Assembly (NCBI RefSeq): GCF_018350175.1
Contig: NC_058384.1
Location: 34,410,001 to 34,474,000 of the forward strand
Origin: Felis catus
Taxonomy: Eukaryota
Length of the DNA stretch: 64,000 nt
Direction: 5' to 3'
Shown piece by piece: positions 13,094 to 23,545 of this stretch. The notes beneath the pieces are model-generated. The model had not been told where the DNA came from and did not search any database. It worked only from the letters and a program-made list of their open reading frames with translations. The translations under genes were made by a program, and so were the position numbers. Position 1 is the first letter of the stretch. Each line of letters opens with the position of its first letter.

Positions 13094-13345
13094 GGGGTGC
13101 CTGGGTGGCTCAGTCGGTTAAGCGACCGACTTCGGCTCAGGTCACGATCTCATGGTTGGTGGGTTCGAGCCCCGCTCGGGGTTCGGGCCCTGTGTTGACA
13201 GCTCAGAGCCTGGAGCCTGCTTTGGATTCTGTGCCTCGCCCTCTCTTGCCGCCCCTCCCCTGCTCGTGCTCTGTCTCTGTCTCTCTCTCTCTGTCTTCCA
13301 AAAATAATAAATAAAAATGTTCCTCTTTTTTATTTTAATTTTAAT
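13094..13345 (+). mobile_element. Felid Can-SINE inserted in a MIR (approx. 13020-13450)
   Basis: Full length; TSD atttgYgtgaccttgag at 13078-13094 and 13346-13362, which is the MIR core sequence. Confidence 0.95.
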
Positions 13346-13966
13346 ATTTGCGTGACCTTGAGCAACCATTGGATGTAATTTTTTTCCTTTGGAATCCCCA
13401 ACTTGGAGCTGGGGATAATAATACCCACCTCCTAGCATGGTACCTGGCCTGTACTTCATTGGTTTTTTAAGGCTTCCTCCCCTTCCACGAAATCTCTCTT
13501 GGTTGACGGGGCCCTGGGTACCAGATTATTTGTCTATCACTGATTCTGGGTGTATAGACTAGCTGTCACATCCTGTACCCTTCACTCCTTTATTCCAAAG
13601 ACAAGTGGTCAGAACATCCCAGGGGCTCCTAGAACTGTCCTGTCCTTGTCTATGTAAAATAATTCTGGATACGTTAACCCTTCACAGATGAAAGAATTCA
13701 CTATGGCCACTGTCCGAAGCTTTGGGACCGCAAGGACTCCCGGGAGCCCAGGAGACACCTCTACCTGTCTGTGTCCAGGTGCTTCACTCAGGTGGCCTCA
13801 TCCTGTGTTCAAGTGTTAGCCACTCACCAATGTCTTCATTGCTATAAAAAAATTTTAGCAGATCAAGATTTCATTCATATTCTACAATTAACAAAAAGTA
13901 ATTATTGTGGCCTCTCAATTAAAGATTGATTTGGGGGAAAAAAATGAAAATCACAAGAATAGTTAC

Positions 13967-14187
13967 GGGGCGCCTGGGTGGCTCAGTCGGCGAAGCGGCC
14001 GACTTCGGCTCAGGTCACCATCTCGCGGTCCGTGAGTTCGAGCCCCGCGTCGGGCTCTGGGCTGACGGCTCGGAGCCTGGAGCCTGCTTCGGATTCTGTG
14101 TCTCCCTCTCTCTGACCCTCCCCCGTTCATGCTCTGTCTCTCTCTGTCTCAAAAATAAATAAACGTTAAAAAAAATTAAAAAATAAA
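13967..14187 (+). mobile_element. Young felid Can-SINE
   Basis: CpG-rich, full length; TSD aagaatagtta at 13955-13965 and 14188-14198. Confidence 0.97.
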
Positions 14188-14587
14188 AAGAATAGTTATA
14201 TAACAGTTTCTCTCCTCAGGGAGGTTTTGACTTGATGCTCTCAGGAGATGTGAACCCAACATAATAGTTTTATTAGCTCTTATTAAAGCTTTGATTCATG
14301 TACTTCAAAGCAGTGGCCGTTCTCCTTCTCATTTGAAGTATAAGAATCTTCTCTGGCATCTGGGCTGCTTGGAGCCACGGCTGTTTTCTGTAGGTCTCAG
14401 AGCTGAGACCCTAGAAGAAACAGAAGTTTCTGACAACAGCAATCTCCCCTAAAACCTATTTTCCTCTTCTCGCTCTGTTCCCACAGTGTTACAGGAGGCA
14501 GAGGGGAGGCAATGTGAACAGAGGCTTCCATAATCAGGCCCATGCACCATTTAGGGATTAGCAAAGGTGGTCTGGCCCAGAAACCAG

Positions 14588-16260
14588 ATTATAGTCCTGG
14601 AGTTGGAAGTAATCATGAAGATCCCTTGGCCCACCCACCCACTCTGTACAAGAACCTTCTCAGAAGCGTCCGGCTCCTCAGGTGGTCAGCTAACCTCTGC
14701 TCCTAAACCTGTCAGTAATTAAAAGCTGGCCAACTCAGAGGTCAGCATTATCTGCATATAGATACCACTAGAACTATTTTTTTAATCTATCGTGTCACTA
14801 TCCACCTCCCTGTCACCATTCATAGGCCCCAGTTCTGCCCTCTGGAACACTGCAGAATAATCCAATCCATCTTCCCTATGAGACTCTCTCACATGTCTAA
14901 ACCCAACTGTTATTATTTTCCAAATGTTCTCTTCCTAAATGCATCGCCAACTTTCTCAATCAATCTTCTGGTGACAAGATGTCCAGACACTGTTTAGAGT
15001 GCTCTAGTTCCCATTCTTCTATTTGTTAGTGTCCTTCCCAAGCATGGAGCCCACCCAGAACTGACCACAATGCTCTAAGAGACCTCTAACTAGGAGAGAG
15101 GAGAACAGCTCGCTCTGTAGATCAATCCTTCTCATGATTTATATATAGATAAATGACATAGTAGATAAAGCTTATGTATGTGTGTCTATATATTTTTATA
15201 TATTGTATATTTACATAAATATAAATTACAGGGGCCCCTGGGTGGCGCAGTTGGTTGGGCATCGATTCGACTCAGGTCATGATCTCGCGGTTCATGAGTT
15301 TGAGCCCCGTGCCAGGCTCTGTGCTCACAGCTCAGAGCCTGGAGCCTGCTTCGGATTCTGTGTGTGTGCGTCTCTCTCTCTGCCCTCCCCCCACCCCCAC
15401 CCTGCTTGCACTCTGTCTGTCTGTCTCTCTCTCTCAAAAATAAATAAACATTTAAAATAAATAAATAAAAATTATATATACGAAGCCTGGTAAAGTCAAT
15501 GGTTGGCTAAACTCCACCCAGATATTTCTTAAATGAATGATACTCAAACCCATTCATCTTCATTCCCTATTTGTGAAATCAAGCTTGCTTTCCAACCTAA
15601 AACCTAGACTCCACTTTTATCTTTGTTAAATATATCTTGTTAGTTTCAATCCATCCAGATATCAAGATCTTTGGAAACTTGTTTATGTCATTTGTCATAT
15701 TAGCTGACCTCTGCTTCATGTCATCACAGATTCGATAAGCACATGCTCAGTGTTTCATCCGCATCGCTGATAAATAGTCAGAACATGACAGGGGTAGGCG
15801 AAGCCCTTTAAGGTGCTACCTGGAGACCTCCCTCCCTATGGCTATCATTCCAGAGATCGACTCTCTTTTGAATGGTGTTGATCTATCGGCTGCAAATCCG
15901 CACACAGCCTGTATTTTCTAGGTCATCCCGGATGCTATCAGGAGAAATTCTGTTACCAGCCTTACTATATTCTTATTTTCCATGTCTCTGCTACCCACCC
16001 TACCATCATCATGCCCGGCTGCCAGTCTAATAAAGATGTCAAAAAAGGAACTAAGGTTACTTGGCATGACGTGCTTTTAGGAAATCGTGGATGCTTCGAG
16101 TGATCACCTCTTTATTTCTCCTGTGATCACAGACCATCTGCTTAATAACATGCGCTAGCATTTTTCCAAGAGTGAGCAACAGATCACTCGCCTCTAGCGT
16201 TATAATTCACATTTTCCCCTTTGTGAAACTGAGGACAGCGTTTTCCTATTAATCCAATTC
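14588..16260 (-). mobile_element. LINE L3/CR1 relic (3' ORF2 and 3' end), split by a Can-SINE
   Basis: CR1-typical reverse segments (cccagttctgccctctgga; cccagaactgaccacaatgctcta; aaggttacttggcatgac); decayed LIKFADDTK-like motif at 15711-15742. Confidence 0.75.
15231..15468 (+). mobile_element. Felid Can-SINE
   Basis: ggggcccctgggtggcgcagttgg head, B box, CT tract and A tail. Confidence 0.94.
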
Positions 16261-16663
16261 CTCAGACGATAGTATCAACACTGCTTAAGACTATATAGCT
16301 GTACATTAAATCCAGAGTCCAAAGAATTAAAGGATCTGCATTTTTAAAAACATATTTCGAAGCCAGAGAGAGAAGCGGAGCCCAAGCCTCAAAGAATTCT
16401 CCTGAACACCTTAAGCGTTTACCGTCTAGGCCTGACTAGCTGTTGGAAGATCGAACACAAAGCTGGGCTCTTGTTTTCCTCTCATCTATAAAATGATGGG
16501 ATCTATTCTAAGTTTCAGTGAGTTAAGAGGTTAGCTGTCAAGGGTGACCAGACAGGTGGCTGGATTTACGTATAAGGATCGGATTCCCCTCCCCCATCTT
16601 TTGGAGGGTTTAAATAGCAATGAAGTGTTTATATGTCTTCTGAACACAAGCATGCACACGCAA

Positions 16664-16665
<2 letters not shown>

Positions 16666-16697
<32 letters not shown>
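16666..16697. repeat. (AC)16 microsatellite
   Basis: Direct. Confidence 0.97.
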
Positions 16698-16698
<1 letters not shown>

Positions 16699-17145
16699 AG
16701 CATCCACAATCATTAGTTGTTTTTCTTCCTGGTATGTGCATTTAATGAGAATAAAATCTGCTGGTTTAACATTATCTCTACGTTATAATGCATCTGCTTT
16801 AGGAACAGCTTGTTACAGCATCATCTGTCAAGAATGTATTACTAATGCCTTTTAAGACATTCTTGTAATACGTTACTAGAGAATAGCACTGGGTCTAGAT
16901 AACGTTTATTAAATATTAGAAACATTGTCAAATAACTTCTCACACAAGTAAGGTTTGAGGGGTTTGTGTGCATTAACATACATGTATATTTTTCAAGAGA
17001 ATAATGAAATCCAATGTGAACAGAAATATTTGTGATAGTCTGTCAAATCCAACATCCCCAATTTATGTTCTCTGAGACATTCCAGGGAAAATCTATTTAT
17101 CCAAACAGAACTGCAGTAAGCAAAACACAGGGAGGCCAGAAGGGA

Positions 17146-17162
17146 ACACACGCACACGCACA

Positions 17163-17199
<37 letters not shown>
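17146..17199. repeat. Compound (AC/GC)n alternating purine-pyrimidine tract, 54 bp
   Basis: Direct. Confidence 0.97.
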
Positions 17200-17201
<2 letters not shown>

Positions 17202-17604
17202 AGCAGCACCAAAAGGCGGCTGCCAGAGAGAAGATTAAGGAATAAACTGTAAAATTTTGTCCAAAGGGCTGGGAAGAACCTTCTGTAGCCCATTACAAAG
17301 AGGACTGGGATATCTATTTTATCTTTACTTCCTTAGATCTAGGTGGAAAGATCGAACCACGATTCTCCATCCTCGTGGCTGATGAGAATCACTTAGGGAG
17401 CATGTCTAAATTACACATGCCTTAGACCTACCTTCCTGGTGGCACTTAATTCCTAAGCATGCTAATTTTGAAAAATCTCTGATGCAAACCTCCGGTGGAT
17501 CCATAGGAATCCTGAATCCCTTTGCCATAGCTGCTGCTGCCTTTGATAAATACCCAAGGAAAATTTAATGCACAGAAACACTTCATTGCATTGAAATTCA
17601 GGAT

Positions 17605-17800
17605 GATAGAGTGGTTGAGTATAGAAGCCCTAAAGCCAAACTCCTTAGGTTCAACTACTGCCTCAACTACCTTCAAGCATCTCTGTACATCCATTTCCTC
17701 TGCTGTGAAACAAGGCTGCTAAAAGCATTTCTGTGGAGAGCACATGAGCTAATACACACAAAGGACTGACTTTTAGTTTATGGTGAGCATTCAAAAGTGA
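17605..17800 (+). mobile_element. MIR fragment
   Basis: tagagtggttgag...aggttcaactactgcctc...catttcctctgctgtgaaa. Confidence 0.55.
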
Positions 17801-19394
17801 AAGTTATCTTAGGCCAACGTACTCTTCATTTCCAGGATCTGGGTTGGCACACGTAGCTGCACTTTCTGGTGAAACTATGGCCAGCTTGACCATGCACTGC
17901 CTTGTATTGGATTTTCACCCTGTCCCTGTCTCGGTGCCTTTTTACCGCCATCTTGCTTCACTCAGATTGTCTCTTCCACCTACACCCGATGAAGCATTTG
18001 CCATAAATTTTGCCCCGAGTTCCGTTTTCCAGGGAACTACACAAAGATTCTAGGATTACAGGGAATAACCAGATAAGATGGCAAAGAATGTTATTATGCT
18101 TTTTTCATTGAAAACATAAATGTCCCTAGTTGGAATCTGACCCATTTGCAAAGCTGATGAACTCCAATGGTCTGCTTTGGACTTGAGGGTTAAAGTAGGT
18201 GCTGATCTAGAGAATAGTCCCCACTCCCATCCTCCTTCACCCACATTCCCAATGAAAACTGCCAGAGAAAAAGTTATGTTCAAATTCAAGACGGTTTTTT
18301 TCCCTGATGACAGCCCTGAAGGTGACTAGTGGGAATGAGGTTGGATTCAGGGAAGACCCAAGGACCTTAGAAGCCTTCCCTGTGGGACAAATCTACTGAG
18401 GAAGAGTTTAAGAGTCCCCATAATTGGAAGACGGACTTCAATCCCCAGGAGGAACTCCTAAGGTCATACGATCCAAGGTCCATTTAGGAGAAAGAGAGAG
18501 CCTATGGAAAACTGAGAGTCTTTGCCTAGCTCAACCTCTTGATCCAATGTCTCATTAAGCGGATTCTTTCTACCGCCAACTCAATGCAGAGCAAAGCTAT
18601 TTGCACGGGTTCTGCCTACATTCCTGAAACTGGCTCAGGAACTGGAGTGCTCTAAACTCAAAAGCAGGACTGTTCACCAAATGAACCTTCCTCCCTGAGA
18701 CAGAGACGGATAGGAATGGGGGCTGACTTTCAGATAAAGTTTGTACTGTGAAATCACTGGACCCTATAGAGAATGGTTCTATAACCCAATTATTCTTCTA
18801 AGCATATTCGTGGTAAAACGCAAAGTGTGTGGGACTCCAAAGAGAAATCACAAGGAAGGGCCGTGGTTCCCAGAGTTAGCTCTCTAAGGTTAAAGTCTCG
18901 GCCTTCTGGGTGGTAGCAGGAGAAAGCAAACACCAGTAGCAAGAATCATTTCTTTCCGCCTCCTCAGTCTGCCCCCGGCAGTGATCTCATCACCTCTTCA
19001 TGCATGTCCTAGACCCGCTTACCGTGTTCTTGCCCACAAGGGAAGGGCACGAAGGGCCAAGGATTGCCTCAGAGACCGAAGCCCTGGTGGCACTACGCAT
19101 CAATGTCCACACTCTTCCTTCCTCGTCCCATCTCTGAGCTTTAGCATATCCACCGGTTTCTAACATTTTGCCTGAAATCTGAAAATTTCTCTTTCCTGGA
19201 CCTTTGGTATCTTTTCCATCTGATGGCATTTGGCCCTCAGCTTACCTTGCTGCCATCTTTTATCAGGTATGACCTGACTTTGGCTGACCCCCCTGTCAAG
19301 TATCTGACAAGATACTGACAGCCTTCCCCTGTCAAGTATCAGCGACTGAATTTCAGGTCCAACTTCATACTCCCCAGACTTTCTCTACAGACAG

Positions 19395-19433
19395 ACACAC
19401 ACACGCACGCACACACACACACACACACACACA
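19395..19433. repeat. Interrupted (AC)n microsatellite
   Basis: Direct. Confidence 0.95.
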
Positions 19434-20824
19434 GCCTCCAGAATGATAAATGACTCATTTTGTGACTGAGTTTTAAGAGACACAAAAAAACGTCTATTTC
19501 TGCTCAGGAGCTTCTAAGCTCGAGCTATTATCTATCCCCATCATGGCAGAGAGTCTAAATGAATCACAGAGACAGCCCCGTTGTACTCAGTGCAGCTCAG
19601 CACGTAAGTTCCTTTGGTGAGTGAAGACCCAAGCAACGCTCCACGACCCTGCCGATGTCAAGCTGATTTACGCACAGCTCCTCTACCCCGGTCCCCAAAC
19701 ATCAGGGGCCCAGAAGCCCCATTTTGCCATTGATAATAAAGGGAGAGAGAAGTGACCTCTGCACGGTGGGTGAACGTGGGAAGTATCCGCAGGCTCCATC
19801 TGGGCCACTCTCTCTCCCTGCCTGTGCGTCAGGCCGACCACCGCTGTGGCTGGCGTCTCACCGAGGAGGCAAAAAGTTATTCCCAGGGCCACCAAATTCA
19901 CATTACTTAAGCAAGATTGAACTGTTTAAAATTTCAGTGTTGTCCGCCAAAAAAATAATAATAGGAAGTTGTGTGGAGCAGAATGTGCTGACAGCAGTAA
20001 TGTTTCGGTAATAATTCATGTGTAGGAGATGATGCTCTGGAAGTCAGCCCAGCAGGCTAATGTAGATTGGGGATGCTCTCCGACTGATGGCCAAACGATT
20101 GATTGGCATCTCTGCTCCATCATGAAATCAGCTCACAAATGAAGTGGATGGGGTTCCAGAGGGAGGGAAACTTAAGAGGAACAAGGGAATGAAGGAGGGG
20201 ACGAACAGGGAGGTTTGGGTAGGGAGACCAAAGGAACACTGTCGAATTCAGTTTCCAACCTAAGCCAACTCCCTAATTTTCTGTTGTAATCTAAAAAAAA
20301 AAGCAAATCATTTAATAAAGATGACATTTCCCTATTTATTCTGTTTTCCACTTGGAACCAGATCTCCCTCCCAAAGAAATTAGCTGCTCCTTTCGAATTG
20401 TTCTGCTAATAAGATCCATACAACCAATTAATTCTTCTCTTGGTGCCCACAGAACAGAGTGGTTATTAACTGCCTCTGTCCTCCTTGGCAAATGGGCCAT
20501 CAACTCTTGAGGCCAATGAGTAATGCCTCTCTGTTTCCTTCCCCAGGCTCGATTCCCCCTGCCATCCTGGTGGCTTGAGGGTCTCCTCTGCCCATGAGTC
20601 AGAAAAAGAAAATTCAACTCTGAATTATGATCTATGGAACATACAAACATGCGGCACCTTCTGACCATATAATGCACCCCAAAGCAAAATGGGCATAAAT
20701 GTTTAAATTGTGGGCATGAAGTTTCCTGGATTTCATGTGGATTATTCAACTATTTCTGAGTAGATATCCTCAGTATTTGGGGATTGACAGGTAGGAACCG
20801 GAGAGAGAGAGAACCTCCAAAAGG

Positions 20825-21058
20825 CCTACCAAGTGCCAAGCGGTTGAAATGTGAGTAGGCCATTGTGCCGTGTGTTGTAAGTGCACAGATATACACTGGG
20901 TTTGAAGAGTGAGTGTGAAAAACGAATGCGAAATATCATGTCAATGATTGGTATCTTGATTACGCATTGCAATGATATTTGAGCAACATCGGGTCAAATA
21001 GAATATACAGTTAAAATTAATTTCACCTGTTTCTTTTGATTTTTTTTTTAAATATGGC
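20825..21058 (+). mobile_element. MER33-like hAT-Charlie DNA transposon fragment
   Basis: ttgaaatgtg...gttaaaattaatttcacctgtttctttt matches the recalled MER33 consensus; strand follows that recollection. Confidence 0.8.
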
Positions 21059-21122
21059 CCAGGTTCAAGTCTCTGCTTCCTCTAAGTGCCTTCAGCTCTT
21101 GGTCTGCTGGTATTCATCTAGG

Positions 21123-21359
21123 AAGCAGCATGGCAGGAAGACCTAGAAAACCAGGTCAGCTTGGATTTAAGCCCAGTCCTACCGTATATGATCTATGTCT
21201 TAAGTTAGTCGCTGTAGTCCTTAGTTTTCCATCTCGAAAAGGGCTTGATAATAATTGATTTGCAAGGTTGCTACGAAGATTAAACAAAAGGATATATGCA
21301 AAGCAGTTTTTACCATGCCGGGGATATAGTAGGTATTCAGTAAACTGAGATTGTTATTA
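21123..21359 (+). mobile_element. MIR
   Basis: ccttagttttccatctcgaaaa...gaagattaaa...tagtaggtattcagtaaa. Confidence 0.65.
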
Positions 21360-21838
21360 CCCTCTGTCAAAAGAAGTAGTTAAACAGATGATGGCTAATG
21401 GCTCTGTAAATCTCTTACTGAATAATTGTGTGCCACTTACCCTGGGGTGGTCATTCTAAATCAAATTATGGATACAGAAGAAGCTTTTTAACAATTGCTG
21501 GCTAACTCTGTTGACGTGGTTTTCTGCGTGGAGTTACAATATTCTCTGGGATTATTTTTGACCTCTTTGAATGGAGATATGAGACTATCCCAACGCAGAT
21601 CAAGTTCCTTCTGCTCCCTGCTCTGTGTCTGGACCCTGTCACTTGTCATAGGGGGCCATCCACATCCAATCCTGAAGATACGAATCTCCCACTAGCTGAT
21701 CCATTGACCACATCACCCATGGAGTCCAGGGCTTGGAGCGTGCTAGGGAATTAGTGGTGAAGATTTCCGCGCTCGCCTCCCCACAAGAACTTAGCTGGCT
21801 GAACCTTCAGGGGCAACACTCAAAAGATTGATGGAAGT

Positions 21839-22063
21839 GGGCTGCCTGGGTGGCTTAGTTGGTTAAGTGTCCGACTCCAGCTTAGGTCATGATCTGGAGG
21901 TTCATGAGTTCGAACCCTGCCTTGGGCTCTGTGCTGACAGCTTGGAACCCGGACCCTGCTTCAGATTCTGTGTCTCCCTCTTTCTCTCTCTGTCCTTCTC
22001 CCACCCATGCTCTGCCTGTCTCTCAAAAATAAACAAAAACATTAAAATTTTTTTTTAAAAAAA
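21839..22063 (+). mobile_element. Felid Can-SINE
   Basis: TSD agattgaYggaagt at 21825-21838 and 22069-22082. Confidence 0.95.
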
Positions 22064-22214
22064 GGGAGAGATTGACGGAAGTAACTCTAGCCATATAAAT
22101 AAAGCTAAACAGAGGGCTTTTTTTTTTTTTTTACCTGTTAACTTTTCATTAGCGTCTTTAACATTGTCTTCAGGACCTGATATAGTCTGGCCTGGGCCTG
22201 CCTCATCAGCTGTA

Positions 22215-22427
22215 TTTTTTTTTTAATGTTTATTTACTTTCGAGAGATAGAAACACAGAATGTGAGCAGGGAAGGGGCAGAGAGAGAGACATACACAGAA
22301 TTGGAAACAGGCTCCAGGCTCTGGGCTGTCAGCACAGAGCCCGACGCAGGGCTTGAACTCACGAGTGGTGAGATCATGACCTGAGCCGAAGTCGGACGCT
22401 CAACCGACTGAGCCACCCAGGGGCCCC
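22215..22427 (-). mobile_element. Felid Can-SINE
   Basis: TSD cctcatcagctgYattt at 22201-22217 and 22426-22442. Confidence 0.96.
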
Positions 22428-22490
22428 TCATCAGCTGCATTTTCATACATGGTCCCCCCTCCTTCAGTCGACGCCAGGCAAGTTGGTCTT

Positions 22491-22729
22491 TTTTTTTTTT
22501 TTAATTTTTTTTTTAATTTTTTTTTTCAACATTTAGTTATTTTTGGGACAGAGAGAGACAGAGCATGAACGGGGGAGGGGCAGAGAGAGAGGGAGACACA
22601 GAATCGGAAACAGGCTCCAGGCTCCGAGCCATCAGCCCAGAGCCCGACGCGGGGCTCGAACTCACGGACCGCGAGATCGTGACCTGGCTGAAGTCGGACG
22701 CTTAACCGACTGCGCCACCCAGGCGCCCC
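22491..22729 (-). mobile_element. Young felid Can-SINE (SINEC_Fc type)
   Basis: Long T-rich tail, CpGs intact; TSD ggcaagttggtctt at 22477-22490 and 22732-22745. Confidence 0.97.
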
Positions 22730-23309
22730 TGGGCAAGTTGGTCTTAATTCAGCCCTCCAACACACCAGGGTCTCTTCTGCCTCAGAGCCTTTGCATATGA
22801 TGTCTCCTCTTCCCCTAGATTTTGCCTGACTCCTACTCATCCTTCAGGTCTCTGCTTTCATACCACTTCCACAAGGAAGATTTTTCCTCATATTTTATTT
22901 TAATATCAACTTGATGTTTCCTTCCTGCCCTTTCTGGTGCTGATCACAATTTTACCCTTTTTTTCACCATCAGGATCACAGCTTTCTTATTTTTTGCTGC
23001 ATCCCCAACACCTCACACACCACATGTATGCAACATTTATTGCATCAATGCGTAAATATGTAAATAGACTCTAGCTGTTCAAAGTGGAATTCATTACTTA
23101 CCTATCTTTCTACCACCCGTGTTTTCTGATTCCTTTCCCTTCCCACTCTAGACCCTCATATCGAGAGCTTCCTCTCTTTGGTGATTTTTCATCAAGCCCT
23201 ACACTCGACCTGAGATTGAAATAGGTGAATTATTTATTCTATGGCCTGATGATGCAGCCAAAGGAAGAGTTACATAGGGTTCATCCATGCTCAAACATGC
23301 TGCAAACAA

Positions 23310-23545
23310 TAATAACAACAGCTAATAATTTCGGTACTTGGGATGAACCAGCCAATGTACAGTGAGTATGATACATATTACCTCGTGTGTCCTTCACGAC
23401 AGTCCTACAGGATAGGGACTTTCATTGTCCTCATTTCGCAGATGAACAAACTGAGACCTACGTGAGGCAATTTATCGGAGACCATCCAGCAGTTCATTGC
23501 CAAGAGCAGACTGGAAACAAATGATCTGATTCCAACCCTCATGCA
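23310..23545 (-). mobile_element. MIR
   Basis: Reverse core cctcatttcgcagatgaacaaactgagacc. Confidence 0.7.

Larger units (their letters stand above)
22150..23060 (+). mobile_element. LINE L2 fragment interrupted by two Can-SINEs
   Basis: tgcctcagagcctttgcatatg; actcctactcatccttcaggtctc. Confidence 0.65.
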
